From a virus (Duplodnaviria; Caudoviricetes): a DNA stretch of 24,074 nucleotides. Below, one piece after another: positions 8,321 to 16,451 of this stretch (positions are counted from its first letter, which is position 1; the number at the start of each line of letters is the position of its first letter). The stretch is from positions 1-24,074 of the IMG/VR virus record IMGVR_UViG_3300012664_000177, one strand, 5' to 3'. The position numbers and the translations under genes were made by a program. The notes under the pieces are model-generated. The model saw nothing but the letters and a program-made list of their open reading frames with translations, did no database searches and was not told where the DNA came from.

Positions 8321-9523
8321 TTATTCTTCAATCTTTACAACTTGATACTTGGCTTCAGCAACGTGGTCACGATAGCGGTTGCCCGATCGATTCCACTGTC
8401 CGCCATTACCAGTAATAATATCCACGACGCGATCAACAGTGCTGTTGTTCCAATCACTAATGAGACCCATGTTGTGATGCGGTTCACGCAGTAAGTTTTG
8501 CATCTTGTGATAAGCATCATCTATTGACCAAGGGACGTAAAGGCGGTTTGGATCGTTTGCAAAAGTTTCGGGGAAACTGCGATAGGCAGGATAAAGCACA
8601 TTGCAGCCAAGAGTGTCAGCCTCGGAAACTGTGTTAGAGACCCAGTCTTGTAAAGCACAATTAAACAGCACACGAGTATTGTTAAGATGAGCATAGTATT
8701 CATTCTTGCTTATGTTGTCATAGATCTTGAGTTTGCCTTCTGCCTCCATACGGCGGGCTCTCTCCACGAACTCTTGATTATTAGATCTGAGTGGACCACC
8801 TGAGTAAATTGCAAACTCACACGGCTCGCTGGTGAGCTCACCGTACATTTCAATAAGGTCCATAAAGAAGCCAGGTTGCTTCTCTTGGTCAAAGCGAGCT
8901 GCGAAACCCACCCTCCGTGGACGGCTATCAAACGGTTGGATGGTTTCTTTGCCGCCAATGCGTTCAAGAACTTCTTCTTTTCCAAATGCGAGACCGGAAA
9001 TGTTGTAGATAGGAGCAGTCCAACCAGCGATGCGCATGTGGGCAACCATCTCTTCGTTGGTAGCAAGAACACCTGTAACAAACTCATTAACCATTTTTTC
9101 ATACAAGCTCATCCATTTTTCCATACCCCACACGTGTACAAAGTCATCTGGATCAATTGCTTGTGCTAGGCAACGAACAAACACCTTAGGACGTTGTTCT
9201 GCAGGAATCTGATCCATGATATACGGAAGCGATTCAATGCCGGGCTGGAACATGTCTTCAAAGTAAACAACGTCATCACCTGTTACATCACCGTTCTTCA
9301 TAAGCTGAACTAGATTCATCATCTGGCTCATACCAAAATAACTGCGTCCATGTGCGTCTAACACTTGTCCTACGCTGATAGCTTGTGTGTTGTCAATAGT
9401 TGTACCGGGTACATAAACAACGTCTAAGCCACGTCGATCAAACACGCGACGGTTCCACTCTGTGAGCTGTAATGTGTAGCGGGCTTCGTAACTTTCTAAG
9501 CCCATGTAAAATAGTTTTCTCAT
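8321..9523 (-). CDS. GT-B fold (GT4-like) glycosyltransferase
   Basis: C-terminal domain VGFAARFDQEKQP, SKNEYY, VSNTVSEADTLGC, YRSFPE typical of GT-B. Start set at ATG 9523 (ATGA overlap, AAGGA SD) rather than 9541. Confidence 0.8.
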   Translation of the reverse strand: MRKLFYMGLESYEARYTLQLTEWNRRVFDRRGLDVVYVPGTTIDNTQAISVGQVLDAHGRSYFGMSQMMNLVQLMKNGDVTGDDVVYFEDMFQPGIESLPYIMDQIPAEQRPKVFVRCLAQAIDPDDFVHVWGMEKWMSLYEKMVNEFVTGVLATNEEMVAHMRIAGWTAPIYNISGLAFGKEEVLERIGGKETIQPFDSRPRRVGFAARFDQEKQPGFFMDLIEMYGELTSEPCEFAIYSGGPLRSNNQEFVERARRMEAEGKLKIYDNISKNEYYAHLNNTRVLFNCALQDWVSNTVSEADTLGCNVLYPAYRSFPETFANDPNRLYVPWSIDDAYHKMQNLLREPHHNMGLISDWNNSTVDRVVDIITGNGGQWNRSGNRYRDHVAEAKYQVVKIEE

Positions 9524-9942
9524 AATTTTCCTTTTGGCCATGTGCCACCGTTAACTAACATTGCAGTTTTCTTCGAGAGATTCTGCACAACATTGTTGTC
9601 AATAGACTGTGCCATCTGTGAAGCTGCCGCCATAGTATACTTGTCCTTGGACTCCCATGGATTGCGATTCTTTGTGCTCTCTCTAAAACGAAGATCAGTG
9701 ACTTCTTCTTGCAATCGACTTACACTTCTATTTAGGTCGTGCATGTCCTGAAACAATCTTCTTAACGGTCCTGCATTGCGATCATGTCCAGGTCCTGCGT
9801 CGGGTCGAGTCAGTGTAACAATCATTAGTAGACTGCGTAGTGTTTCGATTACACGCGGATCCTTGCTTGTCATTGCTTCATCAAACATATCGATAAAGCG
9901 TTCTAAGTCAAAGTCAGCTTGGTCTTTTTCTCTCATACCCAT
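9520..9942 (-). CDS. Hypothetical protein with a predicted coiled coil
   Basis: 140-aa ORF coupled to the glycosyltransferase; heptad pattern LFQDMHDLNRSVSRLQEEVTDL. Confidence 0.75.
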   Translation of the reverse strand: MGMREKDQADFDLERFIDMFDEAMTSKDPRVIETLRSLLMIVTLTRPDAGPGHDRNAGPLRRLFQDMHDLNRSVSRLQEEVTDLRFRESTKNRNPWESKDKYTMAAASQMAQSIDNNVVQNLSKKTAMLVNGGTWPKGKL

Positions 9943-9945
9943 AGT

Positions 9946-10833
9946 TTATACTTTCTCAAGTAGTTTGTAAAGTGTTTCGGAATCTGTAGGGAATGTATTT
10001 AGACCGTCGCATCGTATTTCGTATCCTTTTGCTCGTAAACGTTGTTGAACAATAGCTTCTGCAATGATGTTAATAGGTTCCCATGTTAACATTTGATTAT
10101 TAATAGAGCAATCTACAATCTGTCCCAACAAGTTATACTCATCAACAATATACTGTTGCGCTGACTGCCACTGCTTAACAAAGGTCTGAATGTCTCCCTC
10201 TAATACCAGCCCACAATAATCAATAATTTTAGTGAATGAATTTACTGTGTCGAATAGAATATCTACGTTAGACAATACTAACCAGTCTGATTCAGATACA
10301 TGCATTGGTGCAGTAGTAAACTCTGTAACAAACCCAGGGTAGAAGATACTAAGCCATTCACGTAATTCCCACGGTTGCATTTGTTCCCAATGTGTATAAC
10401 TAGAATTCCATCCGGATAAATTATGTCGGTTATCGCCAACTATTATTGCTATCCCGGTATCAATGTAACCAGTACAAACTTTATGATACTTAAACAACAA
10501 GTTCAATTCTGCCTGCTCTAGTCCGTCTTGATAAATTAATATTTTTTTATCAGTTGGCCAACTAGCAATAGATGAGAAATACTCAAGTATTTTAGGCAAC
10601 GTAAACTCTTTAAACGGGTAGGTCGGAGTTGTGACTGCATTAGCATTTTTATCGTTGCTTAAAAAATCTCCAAGCTCGTCGAACCTAGTAATATGATATT
10701 CTTTTTTAAAAGAGTGCATGGACCCATCGTCTAAGATGGACCCATCGATCTTCTTTTCGTGATTTGTGTAATTGTGCAGCACATATTCAATAGTGCTGCC
10801 AAATGATCCACAATCAAAAAACACATGAATCAT
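9946..10833 (-). CDS. Hypothetical protein (paralog of 7532..8311)
   Basis: Likely start ATG 10833 (TAATG overlap with the upstream ORF): MIHVFFDCGSFGSTIEYVL...FPTDSETLYKLL. Confidence 0.75.
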   Translation of the reverse strand: MIHVFFDCGSFGSTIEYVLHNYTNHEKKIDGSILDDGSMHSFKKEYHITRFDELGDFLSNDKNANAVTTPTYPFKEFTLPKILEYFSSIASWPTDKKILIYQDGLEQAELNLLFKYHKVCTGYIDTGIAIIVGDNRHNLSGWNSSYTHWEQMQPWELREWLSIFYPGFVTEFTTAPMHVSESDWLVLSNVDILFDTVNSFTKIIDYCGLVLEGDIQTFVKQWQSAQQYIVDEYNLLGQIVDCSINNQMLTWEPINIIAEAIVQQRLRAKGYEIRCDGLNTFPTDSETLYKLLEKV

Positions 10834-11057
10834 TACACACGATACCCAGCAAAGCGGCGTGCATCTTCCCACCACATGTTCTTGGCATTCTTGCCTTGAA
10901 CGTATTTGTTATATTGTTGCCATGCATAACTCTTGAAGTTATACAAGTCGGCTTCATTATAGCGATAGCCGTATTCCTGACAGAACTCCAAGAAGTGTTC
11001 TAGGTCTTCTTGAATTGCTGTAACTTTGGGGTTAGAACGAACTGCGATTTTTGCCAT
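10833..11057 (-). CDS. Small hypothetical protein, 74 aa
   Basis: SD AAGGAG upstream; fills the gap in the operon; aromatic-rich. Confidence 0.75.
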   Translation of the reverse strand: MAKIAVRSNPKVTAIQEDLEHFLEFCQEYGYRYNEADLYNFKSYAWQQYNKYVQGKNAKNMWWEDARRFAGYRV

Positions 11058-11068
11058 TTTATTTTCCT

Positions 11069-11512
11069 TTAGATAGCAATTGATAGGGAGGGGCGGTGAG
11101 TTTCATACTTAATAAGGGCGCCGTTTTCACCATCTTCGGCAACCTCAATCCAAACAGCACGGTTAGGATACTTTTCAGCAATCTGTAGATACAGATCGTC
11201 TGACATCATTTCGCAGGACTTGTAGTCCAGTTTAAGAACATCGTCTCTATAGAGATTTTCAAGCCAGCGTTTAAACTGGATGAATTCGATGTCTCGATCA
11301 TTGTGTATAACATCAATCCAAACGCGAAAATGGAAGATGTGACGATGAGGGGTACCAAGAAACGATACATCGTATTGGTCACCTGTTGCCAGAGCAGGAT
11401 CAGTTGCTGCTGCTGGATAGCAGTGAATTCCTTCCTTGCGAAAAGTAATCCAGATTTTTCGTTCTGCATGCTGTTTAATTTGTTCAATTTGTTCTCTTTG
11501 TGTTTGAATCAT
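11069..11512 (-). CDS. QueD-like T-fold protein with LxxxHRHxF motif (DpdL-like, putative CDG decarboxylase)
   Basis: LGTPHRHIF, DRDIEFIQFK, SCEMM, EVAEDGENGA; lacks the CxxxHGH Cys. The motif matches, from memory, the signature described for the phage QueD paralog DpdL. Confidence 0.7.
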   Translation of the reverse strand: MIQTQREQIEQIKQHAERKIWITFRKEGIHCYPAAATDPALATGDQYDVSFLGTPHRHIFHFRVWIDVIHNDRDIEFIQFKRWLENLYRDDVLKLDYKSCEMMSDDLYLQIAEKYPNRAVWIEVAEDGENGALIKYETHRPSLSIAI

Positions 11513-11521
11513 ATATGTTAT

Positions 11522-12637
11522 TTAGGTTAGTGATTGATATACTTCGGGAAATATTTTTTGACTATCAAGGTTTCGACGGGTATCTAACTCTTCTAACTTA
11601 GATACCAACTCCTTTGAGTTATTATAAACTAATTTGTTTACATAGTCAAAGCAATTCTGCCATCCTGTCATCTTTTGGTAAACCTGAGTGTTCATTCTGG
11701 AAAGGATTTGTTTCTGCATATCGACTGGTAAATTTCTAATATCAAATGCTCCTTGGTACACACCATTGTTATACAACGCTGCGCTGAAGTTATGTACAAG
11801 AAACCCAGTCTCGATTAACCAATCAACTGTGTCCCAGAATGTTAGGCTGTTCAAACTCATAAACACCATGTTGAATTTGATTTTTTCAACACCCACTGTG
11901 TCTTTGAGCAACAACAGATTACGTTCAAATTCGCTCCATACTCCTGGATATCTGATATACTCGTAACGATCCTGCATATCGTCTACGCTAACTAACCATT
12001 CGCAGTTGGGCAACTTAGTTAACCCTTCGAATATTTTGTTGTTGCGAATGTTTAGCAAGTTTGTGTTTACTAACACACGACATTCGGGATTCTCTTTAAC
12101 AATAGCTTCTACTACTGCTTCGTTCTCTTTCATCAACAACGGTTCGCCACCTGCAAGATATACATATTTTATTTCTTTGATATGGCCTAGCACATACTCT
12201 AGTATCTTTGTCTTGTCGTCTCGCTGTATCTTGTGCTCTTGCTTGAGCTCCTGAGCCCAAAGAGAACTAAGATATGGCACACAATACACACAGGCTAGAT
12301 TGCATGTATTGCTCCATCTGGCATCGAGATATTCTAACTTAAAATTTCCGGTAGTATCAAACAGTTTATCTTCTCGCTCACGAGGATATCGTTCTAGCAT
12401 CATTGATTGCAAGGACTCTGATTTATGATGACACCATTTACATCCGTCTATCAGAGTATTATCCAACATATCCTGTTGTATCTTGATATTTTTCTTACCA
12501 AGTACAATCTCTGTTATGTCTGTGTCAGTGATGTTGCCAATATCATTCTTTGCCACACAGCAATTATCTACTTTACCGTTTGGTTCTAAATATAAACTAT
12601 TCCACGGTGCTGGACAGAATTGATCGTATTCACTCAT
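11522..12637 (-). CDS. Radical SAM protein with N-terminal SPASM/twitch-like Cys domain
   Basis: CNLACVYC (CxxxCxxC), YLAGGEPLL, NTN; N-terminal CPAPWNSLYLEPNGKVDNCC...CKWC. Confidence 0.88.
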   Translation of the reverse strand: MSEYDQFCPAPWNSLYLEPNGKVDNCCVAKNDIGNITDTDITEIVLGKKNIKIQQDMLDNTLIDGCKWCHHKSESLQSMMLERYPREREDKLFDTTGNFKLEYLDARWSNTCNLACVYCVPYLSSLWAQELKQEHKIQRDDKTKILEYVLGHIKEIKYVYLAGGEPLLMKENEAVVEAIVKENPECRVLVNTNLLNIRNNKIFEGLTKLPNCEWLVSVDDMQDRYEYIRYPGVWSEFERNLLLLKDTVGVEKIKFNMVFMSLNSLTFWDTVDWLIETGFLVHNFSAALYNNGVYQGAFDIRNLPVDMQKQILSRMNTQVYQKMTGWQNCFDYVNKLVYNNSKELVSKLEELDTRRNLDSQKIFPEVYQSLT

Positions 12638-13152
12638 TGTACTGAATCATCCTCGTATTTAGACCAGTGAGTAAAGCTATCTTGATTTTGCAATGTGTGC
12701 AAGCTATGGCACCATACTCCGGGATTAGTTGCTTTAAAATCCTTGTCGTCGATCTTTAGTGTAGCATTGTACCCAAGCTGGCAAACGTACGGCAGCTTGG
12801 CAGAGATCATTGGGATAAAGTAGTTATGCTCGCATAGCCCCGATTCCGCAACACCTTCTACACAACTAATATCAACATCGAGGGTACACCAGATCTCCTT
12901 GTCAAGGAAGTGATAGATCATGGTTTCCCACTTTGCCCATTCTGCTCCGTTGTTGACAGGAATGTTTGGAAAACTCATGTTGGCACCAAAGTAGATATGC
13001 TCAACCTGTTGTGCCCCACACGTCAATGCTAGTGCAATGTCAGCAGCTGGTTGTACACCGACCACAAACAGAGTATACTTGCCGTATGCTGGTGTGTGTT
13101 CTACTTCTGTACCGTAAAAGAATTTTACGTCTTCATGACCTTCACGATTCAT
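12634..13152 (-). CDS. Hypothetical protein coupled to the DpdA-like gene
   Basis: 172-aa ORF overlapping the end of the TGT-like gene; FYGTEVEHTP, HIYFGAN, TNPGVWCH motifs; function not recognised. Confidence 0.8.
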   Translation of the reverse strand: MNREGHEDVKFFYGTEVEHTPAYGKYTLFVVGVQPAADIALALTCGAQQVEHIYFGANMSFPNIPVNNGAEWAKWETMIYHFLDKEIWCTLDVDISCVEGVAESGLCEHNYFIPMISAKLPYVCQLGYNATLKIDDKDFKATNPGVWCHSLHTLQNQDSFTHWSKYEDDSVQ

Positions 13153-14710
13153 TATGAATATCCTGTTCCATTTTATCTAATACATCAGAGTCTAACTGTG
13201 TGCTATCGTCAAGTTGTGCAACGTCAGGTTCTTCTGAATCAAACAATGCATTAAACATAGTATTGGCATTCTTGGTCTTCTTGCCTTTGAATCCACGAGT
13301 ACCTACAATTTCCATCCAGTAGCTGTCATATGTTTCAATAATAGCTTCTGCTGTAGCTCTGTCTGGTGCAGCAAAGATTGATTCTACAATGTCTTCAAAC
13401 TTGGCATAGTCGCCTGTACTTCTACGCATCATTGCAGGATGTTCGCCTGCATCAAAACGTCGATTAGCTTCTTGCACCGCAGTCAAGTGCATCCAAACAT
13501 TATGACCCATAAGCAGTGCGTATGAGAAACTATCCCACGAAGTTTTACCTTCTTTGCCAATCTTATTTAGATCGCCGGGCTTGTAGATACAGATGTCTTT
13601 CATTGTTAGCATAGAGCTAATTGGTGAATCTTCCCAGCGTGGATAGATACCGTCTGTGACTACCCCTTGACCCCAGGGTCGAGTGTCTGTTGAGTATTTT
13701 TTGTCGTCTGCTGATGGGGCCATTCTGTAGCTCCACTTTGAGTTGTGTTCAAAGACGTTTTCAAAGTAGACTTGCCCATTCGCAGTCGCCAGAAACGGAC
13801 TGGCGCAATCAAAAGAAATAGTAAAAGCAGGGTTAACATATTTTCTCACAGCTCTCTGAATAACAGTAAGCAATACTGCCCACTCTAATTTACTTGTGCC
13901 CAAGAAGTGCATCCAGTCATGCACACCTTCCTGCAACAAGTTGTCATAGCGTAATGCTACAAGACGTTTTAATACCAAGTGTACGTCACACATGTTCTGA
14001 CCGCCCATGGACCAACCGTCAAAGTGTGTGTCTGGATACTTTGCAGGATCGCAGTACTCTTTCATGGTTTCGTACCAGGCATCTGCTGATGTATGGTTGT
14101 CGCCTTGCAAAACGTTCAAGAACTTGGCACCACCATTCTTAACACCTTTGCGGTGTTTCATAAAGTACTCGTTATTAAACTTTGTTGCATCAACTGCTTC
14201 TTGCAATGTAGTAATTTGACAAGCTGCCGATGCTTTCTTATCATGAATAACCCAGGTAGGAATATCCAAGATCATTCCGTAATCAGCAATATTGTCTAGC
14301 CAGTTAAGAATCAGTTCACGTTTTTTCTGAGCTTTGGGACAACCAGAGTTGGCTTTCCAATCGCCTTCCCACAGACCTTTAGCAATCTGGAAACCGCCTG
14401 AGTCCCCGAGAATAAATGTGCCAGGTTCTCGCGTTCGGACCATGTCTTCCGACCAATCCTGCTTTGCAAGATCGAGGTTAGCGTGGCCTCCGGAGTATAG
14501 ACTCCACTTATACGGGAATAGAGCTTTGTTGGAATCCAACCAGTTAAGCTGCTCCATATCAGTAAGGCCTTGAGGGAATCGAGCCGGATCCACGTAATGT
14601 TCATTTCGTTGCTTGCCTATAAATGTAGCATAGAAGCCAGATATAGCCGGCAGAAACACAGCATAGTCTTTCTGCTTGGCTGTGAGATTGTCTTGAACTG
14701 GCTCAGTCAT
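13142..14710 (-). CDS. dpdA: TGT-superfamily guanine transglycosylase, probably DNA-acting (DpdA-like)
   Basis: GDSGGFQ, ILDIP, NVLQG, GWSMGG, HFLG, SFDCASP map onto TGT catalytic motifs. No CxCxxC Zn site as in tRNA TGT. Clustered with folE/queD and replication genes. Confidence 0.75.
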   Translation of the reverse strand: MTEPVQDNLTAKQKDYAVFLPAISGFYATFIGKQRNEHYVDPARFPQGLTDMEQLNWLDSNKALFPYKWSLYSGGHANLDLAKQDWSEDMVRTREPGTFILGDSGGFQIAKGLWEGDWKANSGCPKAQKKRELILNWLDNIADYGMILDIPTWVIHDKKASAACQITTLQEAVDATKFNNEYFMKHRKGVKNGGAKFLNVLQGDNHTSADAWYETMKEYCDPAKYPDTHFDGWSMGGQNMCDVHLVLKRLVALRYDNLLQEGVHDWMHFLGTSKLEWAVLLTVIQRAVRKYVNPAFTISFDCASPFLATANGQVYFENVFEHNSKWSYRMAPSADDKKYSTDTRPWGQGVVTDGIYPRWEDSPISSMLTMKDICIYKPGDLNKIGKEGKTSWDSFSYALLMGHNVWMHLTAVQEANRRFDAGEHPAMMRRSTGDYAKFEDIVESIFAAPDRATAEAIIETYDSYWMEIVGTRGFKGKKTKNANTMFNALFDSEEPDVAQLDDSTQLDSDVLDKMEQDIHNES

Positions 14711-15432
14711 TACTTGCTTTGTGCTGGTAAGATGTAGTTGTATGTAGCAAGACCTGAATTTACAGTAATCATTGCTGCACCGTCATCACTAATGCGCATG
14801 ACCTTGTCGCCTGTTAAACTCAAGATTGAAATGACTGTACTAACTGGCCAGGCCCATGCTCGTTTCAATTGACCGCTGACGTCTGATTGGAACACAAAAT
14901 TACCAGCATGAGTAGAGTGATCACCAAAGAAGAACTTTAAATCAGTACCATCTGTTTTGGCCTGGAATGTTGTTTCTTCAGCGTTAGCCTGTGCTTGCAT
15001 ACGCAGTCGCATGATCGATGCAACACTTGGTTCAAATTCAATATGCCAGGCTGGTGTTTTAAATTTAAGTGTTTTGAGCTTTTCGTTGATCACACTGTCT
15101 GTCATGAATCGATAGCTGTTTTTAAAATCGCCGTGTGCGTTTTCAAAATTCAACCCATCGAGTGTGCCATCAGCTTTTTTAGTGATACTAAGTTTAGCAT
15201 CCTCACGATACTCTTGCAAGTTAAGCAAGATCTTGAGTTTGTTCAAGTTTGGCATGCCAAATGTTCCAGTAAATTCTGGTACCGGGGTAGCAAATGTTCC
15301 TTCAATAACAACGCTACGATCTTCAGCAAGTCCTGAGATAGTGGTTGCACTAGAGGTGCCAGTGATTTTGACTAGATCAATGCAACCAAGGTCTAGTGTG
15401 TGACTTACTAAGTCAAGTAAATTGTTTCTCAT
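14710..15432 (-). CDS. Probable DNA polymerase sliding clamp (gp45-like)
   Basis: 240 aa, alternating beta/alpha pattern (FGMPNLNKLKILL; terminal YNYILPA), near a family B polymerase whose C-terminus has a clamp-binding-like motif. Inference from size, pattern and context. Confidence 0.6.
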   Translation of the reverse strand: MRNNLLDLVSHTLDLGCIDLVKITGTSSATTISGLAEDRSVVIEGTFATPVPEFTGTFGMPNLNKLKILLNLQEYREDAKLSITKKADGTLDGLNFENAHGDFKNSYRFMTDSVINEKLKTLKFKTPAWHIEFEPSVASIMRLRMQAQANAEETTFQAKTDGTDLKFFFGDHSTHAGNFVFQSDVSGQLKRAWAWPVSTVISILSLTGDKVMRISDDGAAMITVNSGLATYNYILPAQSK

Positions 15433-15442
15433 AATGTTCTCC

Positions 15443-15479
15443 TGTATATGATTGTATATGATATATTTAGATTTTGCAA
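15443..15479 (-). promoter_or_regulatory. Sigma70-like promoter for the clamp-dpdA operon, with a 10-bp tandem repeat
   Basis: TTGCAA (15479-15474)-17 nt-TACAAT (15456-15451); ATCATATACA x2 (15443-15462); CTAAATA in the spacer; SD AGGAG. Confidence 0.6.
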
Positions 15480-16451
15480 CTACTTTGGTAAAGTATTTTC
15501 GCTTGCAGGTGCTAATGCAAGTGGGGTCACTTTAGTCATGATTTGTCCACCACGTATTGATTTAAGTTGCCCAGGTTTCTTTAGTTCCATCCAAGTTGTA
15601 GGGCCGTGATTATTGTATTCAAACACAATCTCATATCCCATTGCCTTAATCTGATATTTGAGAGCCCTGCCCGGAGTGTATGATGCTCGGTAGTTCTCTA
15701 CTAACTGCATGGCTTTGTCAGTTTCGCAGTCGTTAAATGTAAAACAAACAGTTCCGCCTGGGCGCAATTTTGAATAGACCTGTTGTAGTATTCTCTCAAT
15801 CACGTACATGGGCAAAAAGTTAAAATAGTCATATGCTAGAACTACCCCAAATTGATTGTCTGGTAATGCATCAAGCGAGTTTTCGCTGTGTTCATCAAAC
15901 ACAACTGGGCGCAGTCTTCTACGGTACTGTTCGGGAAACTCTAACTGGCACGGAAATAACAAATTATCTGTTTTGTCTACTAGATACAAAGGATCATAAC
16001 AGACCATGTGTTGTACTAGATCATGGAGACCGGGTCTAAATATTAAACCAGGATACTTCCAACTTGAGTACGTTTGCAGTCTTGAAATATAAAAGTCTTT
16101 GTCTTCTTGTGGAATACTACTCTTGCGCTGTAGATACCAATCGTCAGACTGATGCTCATGATCGAAGAAATAACGTTTGGTACTCTCCATGAACCATGGC
16201 TGTCCTTGCTCGTCAAGAATCTTACCAATCTTATCTTTAAGCTGTGTTAGTATAGCATCAAAGTGCTCGTACTCTTTGTAGATAATCTTGTGAACTGAGT
16301 CTAGTTCATCTACTACTGGTCCTACTGGAATCAATGACTGTTTTACAATGTCGAATACTTTTAAAAATTCAGTATTAGACACCTCCCAGATAGGACCAGC
16401 GGACAGTTCGTCAAGCCTGTTACGATAATTTATAAGATCACTTAGTATCAT
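15480..16451 (-). CDS. Hypothetical protein: helical N-terminus plus degenerate class I methyltransferase-like domain
   Basis: LPDNQFGVVLAYDYFNFLP and KLRPGGTVCFTF resemble MTase motifs; motif I is degenerate (LIFRPGL). Confidence 0.6.
   Translation of the reverse strand: MILSDLINYRNRLDELSAGPIWEVSNTEFLKVFDIVKQSLIPVGPVVDELDSVHKIIYKEYEHFDAILTQLKDKIGKILDEQGQPWFMESTKRYFFDHEHQSDDWYLQRKSSIPQEDKDFYISRLQTYSSWKYPGLIFRPGLHDLVQHMVCYDPLYLVDKTDNLLFPCQLEFPEQYRRRLRPVVFDEHSENSLDALPDNQFGVVLAYDYFNFLPMYVIERILQQVYSKLRPGGTVCFTFNDCETDKAMQLVENYRASYTPGRALKYQIKAMGYEIVFEYNNHGPTTWMELKKPGQLKSIRGGQIMTKVTPLALAPASENTLPK

Noticed and set aside
9524-10875. Longer starts given by the ORF track for the GT-B gene (9541) and the 309-aa ORF (10875)
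   Set aside because: ATG 9523 and ATG 10833 give the ATGA/TAATG coupling typical of this operon and avoid long overlaps.
11522-12637. Calling the radical SAM gene queE
   Set aside because: Too long, has an extra N-terminal Cys domain and lacks the QueE N-terminal F-x-S/T-x-QGEG motif.
13142-14710. Canonical tRNA-guanine transglycosylase (tgt)
   Set aside because: Lacks the C-terminal CxCxxC...H zinc site, is longer and divergent, and is coupled to replication genes. A tRNA substrate is not formally excluded.
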